From: Gordius albopunctatus
Lineage: Eukaryota
NCBI GenBank assembly: GCA_964276515.1
Contig: OZ193909.1
Coordinates: 20,894,001-20,958,000, forward strand
Direction of reading: 5' to 3'
DNA length: 64,000 nt
A program made the translations under genes and the position numbers. Shown here one piece after another: positions 1 through 13,814 of the stretch. The notes beneath the pieces are model-generated. The model worked only from the letters and a program-made list of their open reading frames with translations, was not told the DNA's origin and searched no databases. The first letter of the stretch is position 1; every line of letters starts with the position of its first letter.

Positions 1-463
1 GATTGCATTATTTAATTCATAGTAACTCCTCTGTTATATAAAGATAATTTAAACTAATACATCGTCATTGCCTAATATTAAAACTCAAAATTAGCTTAAT
101 CTTCTTGTATTCTACCTCTCAATGATGGATTCTGACAGCGGGAAATAAAATATTGTCAGATTCACCATTTTTATCAGTGAATGAGAATAGATTATGTCAT
201 ATTATTATGTGATATAGTTACATCTATCCTGTTGAGAATTTTTGCCACCCCCACTATGTTAACTTATTGGTTAATTCATATATGACTTTCTAATTACCTA
301 TGACATATATAAAATTGGTTTCTCGAACTCTAAGGTAATTAACGAAAGATGAAATTCTTTTTTCAACGTTTATGATTACAATACTCAATAATAACTGCTT
401 ACTTCCAATAATATAGGACGAATTGAATGATTCACATCGGAACAAATATTATATTATTATTAG

Positions 464-514
464 TGAATGAGGGAAAAGTAAGAATGATACTGAACGAGGG
501 AAAAGTAAGAATGA
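464..514. repeat. Tandem duplication, period 27 bp
   Basis: TGAAYGAGGGAAAAGTAAGAATGA occurs at 464 and 491. Confidence 0.8.
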
Positions 515-793
515 ATCGTGGGTTACAATAACGACAATAAAATAATGCTGGTTCTTCTAACGTACAGATTTTCTTCGCTGATGATTAACGTCTTTCTGTT
601 ATTCGACGTATTGCGTTTATTAACATATATAAAGAAGATAGCCGCGCAATAAAATTAAATATAATAGGGTAAGATATAAAACGCCAGGTAGCGAGTACCA
701 CAGTAATATAACTCCAAGACTCCATTTATTTACGAAAACTTTAGTCACTGAAGTCATCTTACCGCGACTTTGAAACGATTTTTATTTTTTTAT

Positions 794-2152
794 ATGGGTG
801 ACAAAAACTTGTCCTCAGATCCCATTTCAAAAGAGGAACATTGTCTGCCCTATAAACAGTTTGACATATTCAACGATATTCAATTCAATACTTTTAATCA
901 AATAATTAGCGTTGTTTTGCTTGCCAGTGGAGTGACCGGGAATATATTAGGAGTCTATGTAGCCAAAAAATCGAACGAAGATATCTCCACAACTACAACT
1001 AAACGCAATTTTGTGAACCAATTTCTCCTAACCCTATTTTATATCGTGAATTTTGTGAATACCTTATTCTTCATAGTGGATCCTTTGTTAAAAGTGTACG
1101 GAGATGGTTTGAAAAATCACGTGTGGAATAGTAAAGCTTGGGCAACCTACATCGCAAACTACAATTATCCAATTATAAAACCATTGATATCTTTTAGTTT
1201 TTGGTTATATTTAATTCTTTTTACCAATCAACTTATAGCCTTGAAATATCCGTTTAAATACAAATCATGGGTAACAATGTCGAGAGTATATAAGGTGTTG
1301 TCATTTGCTTTTATATATTGTATAATCTGGTACCTCCCTACTTATTTTTGGTATGAAGTTAAGAAAATATTAATATGCAGCGACGAATGTTTTATAAGAC
1401 ACGAAGAAAATAATAAATCTTTAAACATTACTAATAGAAATTCAAAATGCAGAAAATTTTATCTATACAACTATGTGTGGCCTACTCTCTTTTACGGAAA
1501 TGATTGTAATATCGGTAAAATATGGAACGCCTACCAAATATGTAGAGAATTATTAGTAAATATTTTGCCCTTCACCATCTTAATTATTGTTAAAGCAAAA
1601 TCATTTTTCAGTAATAAAAAGAGGCTTAGATCCATAAATGATACTACCATTAATAGTGTAGGTACAATGCTGAAAGCTACAAATAAAGTTTTTGTCAATG
1701 AAGTCACTCCAAATGTTACAGCTTGTGAAAATTCAGTGCGACCATTGAGTTCTGGACAAGAAACTACTAATCCGGGCCACAGATTATCTGCGTTGAGAGC
1801 TATGGAGAACAAACAACATCGAAGGACACTGATAATTTTAACTTGGGAATTTTTCTTTCTCATGCTACCCCTAAATTTGGCCCTAATGGCACAAAAGATC
1901 TTGCGTGAACGGTACTCAAGGTCAACGCTGGCTCCCATATACATATCCTTAACCATGCTACGATTTATATACGTGAGCTCCTCCTTCTACATCAACTTAG
2001 CTTTTAATGAACCATATCGAAATTCATGTAAGCCATTATTTGCAAGAAAGATATATCAAATCAAGCGATGCTTGGCCAATTTGACAAATTGCCATAGGTC
2101 TTTTAATCCAACTATACAAGTAGATAATCCTGTAATTTGCACCAATAATTGA
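794..2152 (+). CDS. Intronless rhodopsin-like (class A) 7TM GPCR, peptide/chemosensory-receptor-like
   Basis: Long ORF; first ATG at 794. Seven hydrophobic segments: TM1 GVTGNILG, TM3 end NQLIALKYPF (DRY-equivalent), TM4 WYLP, TM5 NILPF, TM6 LMLP, TM7 SSFYIN..FNEPYR. Confidence 0.8.
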   Translation: MGDKNLSSDPISKEEHCLPYKQFDIFNDIQFNTFNQIISVVLLASGVTGNILGVYVAKKSNEDISTTTTKRNFVNQFLLTLFYIVNFVNTLFFIVDPLLKVYGDGLKNHVWNSKAWATYIANYNYPIIKPLISFSFWLYLILFTNQLIALKYPFKYKSWVTMSRVYKVLSFAFIYCIIWYLPTYFWYEVKKILICSDECFIRHEENNKSLNITNRNSKCRKFYLYNYVWPTLFYGNDCNIGKIWNAYQICRELLVNILPFTILIIVKAKSFFSNKKRLRSINDTTINSVGTMLKATNKVFVNEVTPNVTACENSVRPLSSGQETTNPGHRLSALRAMENKQHRRTLIILTWEFFFLMLPLNLALMAQKILRERYSRSTLAPIYISLTMLRFIYVSSSFYINLAFNEPYRNSCKPLFARKIYQIKRCLANLTNCHRSFNPTIQVDNPVICTNN

Positions 2153-4059
2153 TGACACATTTCATTTTTAGCTATGGCGATACTCATTATTTTGTTTTTA
2201 TGAACTTTCTATTAAATTCAATAATTACAATAATACTTCATTCTTTTATGCATGTTATAATTCAGATTTATCAAATAATATTCAGTTAAAGCATACCACA
2301 ATAACATAGTTTAAAAAATAAATGATGGGCTTTAAATAAATTCAATGAATAGAGTTGTCCAAGCTCGTACTCATTCAATTAATCCAATTATATTAATGCA
2401 TAACTCCATATGCAAACAATTAAAAATCACTCATTATATAATATTAAGTAGGATGACAATGCAAAAAAAATATGCATACCATTTTTTATCTGACTGGGAT
2501 TGGAAAAAATATTAGAACACCAATTTAAAAATTGTGACTAAAGAATTTATCTTAAACGATTAATCAAAATTAGCCAAATTAATTTCATGCTTTTTATAAA
2601 TATATGTATTAGAAGAAGTTTAAAAAAGAAATTGATGGTTTGTAAAATGTTTAACAATAATATCTGAAATACAAACTCAAGTAGTATATCAAAAGGCGAA
2701 GTAGATGTGTATATTCTAAAAACGTGTATATATAATTCAAGTGTAAGTTGGGTTTATTTAACCACATATTCTATACGTATTTATACATGCCTATTGTCCG
2801 AAAGAAATACCCAAAACTTAGTCATTTGTTAAATTTACGCTGTCAATTTTTTAGAAGAGTCGATTGCTCACCAAGTTCTAATTAAAGCAACGCTATTTTT
2901 ATGTAAGAATAAGTGGAGTTTATAGGATCGCATTAGGGTTTACAGTGTTCTTTTGTAAAACCATTAAATCTTAAATAAGTAAAAAGAAGTTAATTCATTT
3001 ATAATTTATTATTTAATAAAAGTCCCTATCCTACGCCCTGAGAAGTCTAGCCTCTAAAAACATAAATGATTACGGTAATTTAAGGAATAGTTAGAAACGG
3101 CTTAAAAACTACAATTACATAATTGACGGGGCTCGATTACTATCACCTCAACTCGGCCTAGACGGAATGGCATCCATTTTACTTTAAATTGCCTATTATA
3201 TGTGGAAATGGTCGGAAGGTGGGCAATCTATGGATTGACCTTTAATTGACAATAGGCATTGGGCAAGTCAATGTCATCGCTTTTGCCCGCCTAGTGTTAG
3301 TAAGATTTTTATAGCATACTGTTCACAATACATACCCGTTAAATTTGTTTCCGTCATTTAAAACCTGGTTGTTAGTAATTCTCTTTTCACACGTCTTTCA
3401 CGTGGCAAAGGCTCTAATTTTTCTAGGGCGCCTTTCTTATTAATTAGAGCGATTGCCTCTTTGTTTTTAACGCTTTTCTACTTCATATCTTCAGAGTAGC
3501 GCGTGAATCGAAAAAAACGTTTAACTTTTTAGTAGGAAGTAGAGATGTTAAAATTCTTATATGCTACATGCTCAACCCTGGTAATAGGCACTTATCTCCT
3601 ACCATTCCCATCTAGCATAATGAGCAGATGCTGCTTAATAACCCGGTTACTAGCACTAGCAGATTAAAGCTGCTGATGGCTGCCGGTTGAGTAAGATATA
3701 AACAAGCTGGACATCGAGCAGAGTTGCTTGATATAAACCGCGGTATCTAGCATGGTTGTTTGAAACTAAACATGGTTTCAGCAGATTTTATTATAGCTTA
3801 CTATTAGAGTTGGCAGCTGATATATAATGCTAATCAATATTTTTCAATCATATATTAATCCAAAGATCGCGGCTGGACCGATTTAGATGAAATTTTCTGC
3901 GAATATTTGGTAGGTCTGAGCCTAGGTTTTAAACTATATTCCTAATCCCTAAGTCATAAGACGGTCAAATTATTTAGTTTTATACGTTTTGACGTTTAAT
4001 AAAATGTCACTCAAATGCAACCTCATGAGTCATGACATACTACGTATCTATCGTGTTTA

Positions 4060-5150
4060 AATACCTGCAACGGGCCTATTTTGCTTGGTCGGCCCGCCCG
4101 CTTCAAAAATTTCTAGGCCCGGGCCCGGCCCTGGCCCGCTGAAAAAAGAAATATTTGGCCCGGGCCCGGCCCTAAACATTTTTTGCAAAACCCTGGCCCG
4201 GCCCGGGCCCGTAGAAATTTTTTTTTGCAAATTTTTAAAGGATTGTTATTTTTTTATTAAAAAGTTAATTCAATTTTCAGTAATATATGTTACAAACATC
4301 AATAATAATCATGTAAAAACAATAAATCGTTAATTATTTCCGGTCTTAATCGGGTTCTTCTCTCTTCTAATAAGCGACCAGCCGTCAAGTCTTACTTATA
4401 AAGTATCAATTCAAATTTTGAAGTACTTTTTGTAAATGTATGAATGAAAAGGGAAAAGTAAGTGTGTTTGTGTTGCGTATTAGGACACAAAAAAATAAAT
4501 TTAAATTAATAAAAAAACAGTTTAAATATAAGACATTTGTCTTTATTTAAGTTCTAATTATGGGACGGTCGTGTCCCCTCCTGTATGGCTAAATAGATTA
4601 AAAAATCTAATTTTGTCATTTTTTGCGCGTTAAATAAGGAGAAAAATGAAAATAATTTTAACAAAGTGCCAATAAATGTTTATATATCTCAGTTCTTCGG
4701 ACCTCTAAGAAGGACTCCGCCCCTAACTTCCAACAAGGTTATTGCCCTCGGTTCTTTAGTGTTAGGTACCCCGGGCCCCGTGTTGTTTTTTGTTGAGCCT
4801 TTAACCTGAACTATTCTGCATTTCGTTGAAAAACATTTCATTTGCTGTGAAATTTAAGCAGGGGAGAAAAACGGGCTTTAATGTTTGAGGGCTTGGCTAC
4901 TACGTCCATGCTTATACCGGTTGCTTTAAGTTTTCATGAATTATCTGAGTACACGGAGAGCTTATTGACCAAAGTAAGGTTTGTGGGCAATGCTTTTTTA
5001 CGACCCCTCATAATATCTCAGTTTTTAATGCTGTATATCTAGGAATATTTTAAACAAAAAGAAAGATTTGCTTAGGAAGTTAGGGGATATTCGCATGTTT
5101 CGGAAATAACCGAGATTAATGATGTTGCTCCGGGCTCGATTCGGGTGCAA
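4060..5150 (-). mobile_element. Degenerate non-autonomous hAT derivative with GGCCC subterminal repeats
   Basis: GGCCCGG arrays at 4070-4210; minus strand about 4310-4385 reads AGRLLEERRTRLRPEIINDLLFLH (hAT C-terminal dimerisation motif). Boundaries approximate. Confidence 0.55.
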
Positions 5151-6050
5151 AAATAAAAATGGCTTTTCGCCTCGGCCGGACTACTCATACAAATTAACGT
5201 AAGACAGTGGTCATTTTATGGAGCATTTTTAGTGATGCGAAAAAACCGAGAAAAATCTCGGTCTCGTCTCGTCTCGAAAAACTGAGACGAGAATTCAAAA
5301 GATGGAGTCGAGATCGAGACGAGAATTTTGATGTCGAGACGAGATTTTATCGGCGAGATCTCGACTTTTTTATCGTTATATTTTAGTAAATTATTGTGTA
5401 TTTTAATTTGCATGATTTAAATTTAAGGTATTAAGTTTAAATTAATACGTATGGAATATATTTGACATTAAAAAAATTCCTGTAAATATTATATTTTTTG
5501 CAGGATTTACCTAAGTATGGTTGACCCTTAGGGTATGTGAATGATTTTATAATATCTTTATCACATATTTAAATCCATAGCATTATTAAATATTACAAAA
5601 TTATAGGCTTAGAATGAGTTCTGATTGAATAGTAAATATAAACAAAGCATATTTATATTTCGTAGTTATTCATCCTGCATAATGCGGTAATTATAAATTG
5701 GTGGTCAATCAGTTTGAATAATTAAACTAGTTAAGCTAAGGTGGCTTGAGATTTTTTAGCACCCGCTTAACGATTTCAAAAGCACCGCAATAGATTAAAT
5801 CTAAAGCATGCGTTTTCTAGAAGTTTTATGCTTCAACTATATTCGATAAATAAATATTTAATGTCAAAGTTAGTTAGAATTGGAAGATAATTATTTGGAA
5901 TATAAATTTGATTTAAATGATTTTTGTCATAAATTTAAATACGTGCAATTTAGAGTTTAAAACCTCATATTCTTAATCCTATAATAATGGTGCTTTTATT
6001 GTTGTTTCTACCCGTTTTTATATGTGCATCTAGTTATCATGTCTGTAAAT

Positions 6051-8784
6051 TAGAGGTGTGCACGGATCAAATTTTTTTGATCCGATCCGATCCGAGGGGT
6101 TTTTAAAAAATTTCGTATCCATCCGATCCGATCCGAGTTTTTTAAAATCTAAATCCCATCCAATCCGATCCGAAATTTTTTAATTAAAATTTTACGAACA
6201 GAACTTTTTATTGAAGATTAAATTCAAAATACATAAAAATAAGGTATAGCAATTTTAATATACTTGAAATATAAAATTTTATTTGACTAATTCCATGTTA
6301 TCATATAAAAATAATAAAGAATCTAAATTTTCTGGTTTAATTCGCGTTCTTCTTTCTTCTAATGTTCTTCCAGCCACCGAGAAATTTCTTTCCGAAGTGG
6401 TAGATGTAGCAGGTATAGCTAAAAATTTATTTGCCAGCTTATAAAGCCTTGGCAGGACTGTTTGATATGAAACCCACCATTTCAGCAAATCTTTTTTTGA
6501 ATCATATTTGCAATCTTCATTTTTTAACGAAAGGTAAATTGAGATTTCATCGGGGGCTTTATCTTCTTCCTGCTCATCTTCCCATTGATTAACTATTTTA
6601 AAATATAAATTAAATAATTTATTTTATGTAAAAAATATATATACATAATACATATTTAAATGTATGTTAATTACTTTTTTGTCTTTTTTTTGAGGCTGAC
6701 TATCACTACTATTTGCCGCATAATTTTCAATCTCAGCTCCAGAATCTACGAAAAAATCCTTAGACGCTAGTGTGGATCTTATTTCATTAATTACGCCTAC
6801 TCGCTCATTTGGGGGGAGCATCCTGAGTTGGCGATAATTTGGGCATAAAAATGTGGCAATTTTATGTTGTTGAGTGATTAGAAATTTTGACTTGAGGGTG
6901 GTACAAATATCTTTTTTAAGATCATTAATTTCGTGATGTTCTTCAAAATCATCAATTTGCTCGTGGTCTGATTGTGAAAGATCACTGAGTAATTGGTAAT
7001 ATTGAATCAATATATTGTGAAAGGTTGGGTGTTGATCAGCTTCCAGAACTAAAGAAGCCGTTTTAAACGGCCGGAGTACTTCTATTTGTTTGGTCAGCAA
7101 ATTTTTATCAATCACATCTATCTTCTCTGGAATATCAATAGAAGTTAGATATGTGGTCAGTTCCTTATACTCCTTCAATATGCTCTCAAACATGTCGAGT
7201 CTGGAGTTCCATCTTGTTTCTATTGCTTGATGCAATGTATGATTTAAATATTTATTTTTGCCACTTTGCTTCTTTATATATGTCCTTAGCTTTCTGCATG
7301 CTTGTATCAAGTCATTGATTTGAGGGTAATGGAATGTAAAATCATTTTTATTGAATACGTTTCGTAGTACTGTATTGAGCAGTAAATGGGACGTGCAATT
7401 CATTCGCTTATCATTTTGCAAGGCATTGACCATGTTAGAACCCTGATCGGTAACGTAAGTTATCAATCTCATGTATTCCGTAGGGATGTGAAGTTTTTCA
7501 AAATTTACAGATATTTCTCTTAAAATATTTTCCCCTGTTTTTTTTTCAACGTCTATTTTTGAAGTGAAAAGAATATGCTTATGTAGGATTCCGAGGGATA
7601 TATAATGTAAAGAAAATGTTAGGTAGTTTATTTTTACAAAGTCATCTGTCCAGAGGTCGAGAGTGGCTGAACATGATTTTGCTTTTAAATGGGGGAGTAA
7701 CTTTAATATTAATGCTTCTCTACTTACTACACCTGCAAGTTTTGCTGTATTCCTACTTAAGGTAGTCCTATTTGAAAGTAATTCATCAACGTTTATATGA
7801 CCATGAATGGCACCAATATTCAGAGCTTCTTGGAGCATTGCTCTAAATCCTTCCCCGTTAACGATTGAAAACGGTCGAATATCTTTTGAAATAAAATAAA
7901 TTATATGCTTTTCAAATTTTTTTTTTAATTTTGTGATTTCAGCGAGAGGTTTGGTGACAAATTTGTCAAGTGTATTTTTAGCTGAAGTTTTTGGAATACA
8001 TTTATGATGCAAAAGATGGGAACTACCTCGAATGGAATTATATGTGTAGATATGATGGCATTTCTTGCATATAACATAACCGGTGTATGTATCATTTTCA
8101 TTTAGAAGGTCAAAGTAACTCCAAATTTGACTTTTTCCATCTTCTTTTTTAACTTGTTTGAGAAGATTTTTTTTAAAATTTTTTTATTATTTCTTCCATG
8201 ACGGTTTTTAATCTGATAAACAATATTGGTGTATTTGCTAGCTGTTACGAATCCAAATGATTATTTCCAACACCCCCCCCCATTATTTTTTCCCCTTAAG
8301 TCAGCGTGACTCACACCAGACAATACCCCTGCTGCACCATGGAGATTGCTTCTAAGAAGGCAAGCAGCTACATCATTCATGATTACCCGGACAGGAATCA
8401 AGAGGGAAAGGAGCTACGCGTGTGCTTTAAGGAAAGGGGAGAGTGATTAATGATTTTCGGAGTTGAGTTGAAATGAAATAGAAAGTGATGCGTGTCTACG
8501 TCTAGCCAGGGAAAAACGCTAGGGAAATTCTGATAAATATATTAGGGTAAGTAAGGGGTAAGGAGGTGGTATTGGGCATCAAAAATGGTAAATTAAAAAA
8601 AGAATGCAAAGATAATTACGAAAAGGTATACTAAAAATTATTAATTTAATTATTATTGTATCCGATCCGATCCGACTAAAATAAAATGTTGATCCGATCC
8701 GATCCGACTTCCAAAATTAAAATGTTAATCCGATCCGATCCGAGTTCGGACGTATCGGATCGGATTGATCCGTGCACACCTCTA
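6051..8784 (-). mobile_element. Near full-length hAT (hobo/Hermes-like) DNA transposon
   Basis: TIR TAGAGGTGTGCACGGATC at both ends; perfect 8-bp TSD CTGTAAAT (6043-6050, 8785-8792); subterminal GATCC pentamer arrays; internal transposase. Confidence 0.95.
6279..8199 (-). pseudogene. hAT transposase with one intron (about 6593-6673) and a +1 frameshift near the start
   Basis: BED finger (WSYF..CKKC..HLLHHKC), DLWTD, TDQGSN, CTSH, TRWNS, ATSTTSERNFS. ATG at 8199 hits TAA after 8 codons because of an extra T relative to the sister copy (about 10188-10215). Confidence 0.85.
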
Positions 8785-9559
8785 CTGTAAATAATAATAT
8801 TATAAATTAAAAGTCACTCGCACATTGTGGTTTATAACGCTATAGTAAACATGCAATAAAGACTATGGGCTATAATTAATAATTGTACTAATGGCCTTTA
8901 ATGTTTGCCTTAAATATGTTAAAATCTACTTTGAAGCTTTAGCCAGGGTTAATAAAGGGTCTTAATTTGCTAAATTGTGCACCTAAGTCAACTGTATAAC
9001 ATAAATTATTATTTTCTAAGTCTATATAGTTGACAAACACGGTGATTTGATACAAACGTTATAATTTGCTAGAACAATTAAATTTAATTTTCTATACTTC
9101 AAATTTATTTATAGTTTTTTAGTCTGCACTTTCTATAGAAAATGTTATTTTTTTGAATGAATTCATATCTTTATATTGACATTGAGATGTCGTGTCCCGC
9201 TAAATCTTTAAAAAGTTTGTGTATTAAAGTTTATCAAAAAAATAAAAATTTGCCATTTTAATTTTTTAAAACTTATTTAATATTTTTAATAAAACAGGAG
9301 AAATTTTTATTCCGTATATATTTTTTTTAAAAGTCGAGACGAGAATTCTCGTCGAGACGTGATCGAGATTTTTAGAATCGCTGCCGAGACGAGATTTTGT
9401 TTTCGAGACCGAGACTGGACTGTGGATTAGTAAAATAATTAAATAAAGATAGAACACACGTGAATAAAGTGACTTTAAAAAAACCTTATTTTTCGTCGAA
9501 CTTGACATTATGATAATAAATTAATTAAGGAATTATAAATTGGTTAATAAGCATAGGCA

Positions 9560-9730
9560 TTAAAAACCAGGGAAGGAAAGCATATAAAAGCCACAGAGAT
9601 GAAAATTCTACGGTTAAGCTTGGGGTAAACTAAGCTCGGCCATATGACGAATGACTTTCTCATGACAAAAATGAATATTCAACCTATGGCGGACATGATT
9701 AACGAAAATCAGTTAAGGTGGTATGAACAT
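9560..9730 (+). mobile_element. RTE non-LTR retrotransposon 3' fragment
   Basis: Reads ATEMKILRLSLG*TKLGHMTNDFLMTKMNIQPMADMINENQLRWYEH, homologous to the RTE C-termini at about 51050-51190 and 53110-53250. Confidence 0.7.
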
Positions 9731-10754
9731 TAGAGGTGTGCACGGATCGATCCGACCAAACTCGGATCAACATTTTAATTTTGGAAGTCGGATCGGATCA
9801 ACATTTTATTTTAGTCGGATCGGATTATCAAATTTAAAATAATGATAATAAGTTCTAATTAATTAAATTAATAATTTTTAGTATACCTTTTCATAATTAT
9901 CTTTGCATTGTTTTTTTACTTTACCATTTTTGATGCCCAATAGCAATAACACCTTACTTACCCTAACATATTTATCAGTATTTCCCTAGCGTTTTCCCCT
10001 AGCTAGACTTTCTTGTTTGGCGAGAAAGGAGCTAGTGTCAATGATAAATCAGCATCTCCCGTTTCCTTTTTAGCACACGCATCTCTTTCTATCTCAACTC
10101 AACTCCGAAATTCATCAATCACAATCTCCCCTTTCCTTAAAGCACACGCATAGCTCCTTTCTATTGTTTATCATATTGAAAACCGTCATGGAAGTAATAA
10201 TAAAAAAATTTAAAAGAAATTTGCTTCAACAAGTTAAAAAAGAAGACGGGAAAAGTAAAAAGTCAAATTTGGAGTTACTTTGACCTTCTAAATAAATGAA
10301 AATGATACATACACCGGTTATGTTATCTGCAAGAAATGGCATCATATCTACACATATAATTCCATTCGAGGTAGTTCCCATCTTTTGCATCATAAATGTA
10401 TTCCAAAAACTTAAGCTAAAAATACAATTGACAAATTTTTTACCAAACCTCTCGCTGAAATCACAAAATTAAAATTTTTTTTGAAAAGCATCTAATTTAT
10501 TTTATTTCAAAAGATATTCGACCGTTTTCAATCGTTAACGAGATTCTTTATTATTTTTATATGGAATTAGTCAAATAAAATTTTATATTTATTTCAGGTC
10601 TATTACAATTGCTATACCTTATTTTTATGTATTTTGAATTTAATCATCAATAAAAAGTTTTGTTCGTAAAATTTTAATTTAAAAGCTTCGGATCGGATTT
10701 AGATTTTAAAATACTCGGATCGGATCAAAAAAATTTGATCCGTGCACACCTATA
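9731..10754 (+). mobile_element. Internally deleted copy of the 6051-8784 hAT, inverted orientation
   Basis: Same TIRs and subterminal repeats; junction at 10540/10541 joins the equivalent of about 7856 to about 6323; no TSD. Confidence 0.92.
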
Positions 10755-11138
10755 CTATATATATACCCACATATTTGCTCCACCTAATCTAAACAAAAAT
10801 CAACTCTCTGCAGCCGAGGCATTAAAATTTTTTAAATACTTCGGAACTTAACATTACTATAATTTTTTTGTCACATTGCAACCACCACTCTCACAACATT
10901 TTGCCACCAAGCTTAAAAATTAATTGAAAATAGGGAAACAAATTATTTTTTTATTACATGATATAAGCAAATCTTTTTTTATAAGACAGAAGATAGTCAT
11001 TACTATTTTTGAATATACTTTAATAGCAATACCAGAATTATTTCAATACTTAAAATTTATTTAGTTCATTCATCTTCACAAAATGTGTATTTTTACCTTA
11101 AATTATAATGTTAACAAAATTACATTTTCAATTTTTCT

Positions 11139-12162
11139 TTAATAAAAGTTACTAAATTCCATCCAACTATCCAAATGTTTCATTATATAACCACATTGGC
11201 CTTCAAGTTTAACATCTGCTATTGAATCTGCTCTAGTTTTTCCAATGTTAATTATAGCAATAGGGCAATTGTTGTCTTTAGCTTTTGTCACAATTCTGTA
11301 AGCAGAATACATCTTCATATCATATTTAAGTCATCATTTTTAATTTACTGTCAAGGAGCTCCCCAACACTAATAAATACTCTGTCTTTGACAATATATTA
11401 TTAATTTGATTAGTTAAATAGCTCTTGACATTTTCCCCAATCATAACAACATCTGGTTTCAAAAGATCACTGTTACACTTCTCACAATGTGGCGCATTAA
11501 AATTAATAATATCCTCTGCATCAATATGGGCATATGCATCAGGAGAAACAGATAGTATTGAATATTTCCAAGCATAGTTGTAATTTTGTAACCTTTCTTG
11601 CAAAGATTTTCTATCTATCACATGTTGACAATTTAAACAAATAACTTTATTAAAATTTCCATGAATTTGAATTATTGATTTAATGCCAGCTTTTTGATGC
11701 AAATTATCTACATTTTGAGTAATTAAATATTGCATTACAACTTTGTTTTCCCATTTTGCTAAGATGTGATGATTCATATTTGGTAGTTTTGATTCATAAA
11801 GCATATAACCTATATAATGGCGTGCCCAGAATTTTTTTCTGAAAAAAAAGCTCTGGATAAATTCTTGATAAGTTACAGGAACATTAATCTTTTTATTGTC
11901 ACTTTTAGCATAAACACCAATTTTAGGTGATCTATAATCTGGAATTCCACTTTCAGTTGATATTCCTGCTCCTGTAAGTACCAATAATTTCTTCCCTTTA
12001 TTTGCACTAAAATATTGTTTAATTTTTTTCAGCTCATTATCATTAAGGTTTGATTCCGGTACACAGTTATTAGAATATGTTATATTTTTTGTAAAGATAT
12101 CACGAAAATTTCTTACAGAAATGTATAAAAAACTGAAGTTAATACCTTTTAAACAATACCAT
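11139..12162 (-). CDS. SIRT4: NAD-dependent sirtuin, SIRT4-like (class II)
   Basis: TGAGISTESGIPDYRS, TQNVDNLH, HG, two CxxC, KPDVV, GSSL, NIGKTRAD. Predicted introns 12112-12145 (34 nt) and 11313-11348 (36 nt) give MVLFKRNF...GSSLT|MYSAYR...FY*. Confidence 0.88.
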
Positions 12163-12703
12163 CACAATCTAAATAGAAATATACAGTAATCATTTAGCTT
12201 AAATGCTTTTAACTCGTCAAAATACATGTAGTTCCAATTCGTCACTTGTATACACAATATGGTCAATCATGACATGGTTTCAAACTTAATCCTCATAACT
12301 AGCTCAACAATAAACCTAATCTAAACATAAATCGTACAAGTATAATAAAAGCTATGAGGACATGGAGTTAAGAGAAATAATGAGCTCCAATGTTAACTAT
12401 CATGTCACGTTTACATAAATCCCGCTCGTATCAATTTATGGTATTACCTAATTAGAATAGTGGTACCTTTATAATTTGGATATCACGTTGTTCACATTCC
12501 TTCTTACTATATATGAATACACATTATTTATACTCCTCCTTATTCTATTCACAATCATTATAATTTGAATAGCCCCCAACTACCTTACGAGTTATTTATA
12601 TTAACCTCATTACAATGGTATATAAGCTAATGCTTAAAGATATAGAAGATCTTTGGTTTTATACAAATAAAGTAGGCTCAAACCCCTACAAATTAAATTA
12701 AGC

Positions 12704-13650
12704 TTTTTTTTTTTGTTAAAAAGTTTATTTTCAAGAAACAAAGTTACATTCATAAGCGAAATACAAAAATGAAAACATATTGGTTAAATACAAAGATTTA
12801 TATCATTCTCTTCTAAAATGGGCCATGAGTCGGCAAAGGATTTAAAGTTGTATCGTGCAACAAGAATCCCTAGTTGTTGCCTGAGTAAAAAGGACGCAGA
12901 AATTTTAGATTTCGGGGTGCGTTTTCCGATTTCTTTAAAAAACCCCATTGCCTGTTTGCCAAAGGAACCGGAGCACGTGGCAACGACAGGGATAAAAATA
13001 TTGGATGCCAAAAGGGCAGAATACTTTTTAGTTTTACGCCCTTCTTCTGTAGCGATAGGGTCGTAATTAAAATGGGAAGGGGCAAAAAGGTCAATACAAG
13101 TAAAATCCCATTTGAGGGATAGGCCATTTTGCCAGGGGACTAGAGAAGAGCCGTCAGGGCGCATCCTACCTTCAAGGGAGGGATCGGACGGCTCAAGGAT
13201 TGAGGGGATTTTGGCCTTTTTAAGGGCAGCTTGAATTAATAAATTAGCTTTAGTGTGCCTAACGTATTTATATTTGTTTGCTAGGCAGTGTAGAGGGTGC
13301 CTAGCATATTCGTCTACAACGGTAAGGCAGTTTTGACAGTTGAATTCTCTGCTGTAACTAATCCCCAACCTTAAAGCTATGGAATATGATAGCTCAAAGT
13401 CTTCAAGCAGCATTCCCAAAAGTTTGCTGGGATAGGCTTCAAGCCACTCGTGACCGGAACCGTGAAAAGCGAGGGACCTAAGGTTGTAATGCTGGCTATC
13501 ATCGCTGCTCGATAATAGGTAATCAACGGAGCGCGATACTAGTCCTGAATCCTAATCCTTTTGTCTCGTACTTTGAGGTTGGATGGTCTCGGGTGTGACA
13601 TTCAAATTCCAAAGCTCCAAGGCTTGAGTTAGCAGGGGGTCGGAATCATG
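12704..13650 (-). mobile_element. 5'-truncated CRE-like non-LTR retrotransposon (RLE domain, poly-A tail)
   Basis: CQNC..HPLHC knuckle, RH, RPDG, WDFTC, K..KY; T-run 12704-12714 with minus-strand AATAAA nearby. Confidence 0.85.
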
Positions 13651-13814
13651 TTTTAATCTTTATGATGCGATTTAAAATTCTTTAATTTTAACTTATAGAT
13701 GGCTAAAACAATACTAAAAAGCGTCATGGATATAATATTTACAAATTTTATTAAGTCTAATAATAAGTTTGTGAAATCAATGATAAACATATAATAGATG
13801 AAATCATAACATAT

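Larger units (their letters stand above)
5230..9415. mobile_element. Older non-autonomous DNA element with GAGACGAGA subterminal repeats, interrupted by the hAT at 6051-8784
   Basis: Clusters of (C)GAGACGAGA / TCTCGTCTC at 5250-5365 and 9333-9415; left end TAGTGATGCG; right terminus not recognisable. Confidence 0.45.

Noticed and set aside
230..720. Possible solo LTR upstream of the GPCR
   Set aside because: TG start and AATAAA present, but no matching CA end with a TSD.
3105..3135. AATTGACGGGGCTCG resembling a conserved SSU rRNA motif
   Set aside because: Only about 12 nt match; no flanking rRNA similarity.
6066..6175. GATCC, GAGAC and GGCCC repeat arrays as a CRISPR-like array
   Set aside because: They are subterminal repeats of hAT elements; no repeat-spacer structure, and the context is eukaryotic.
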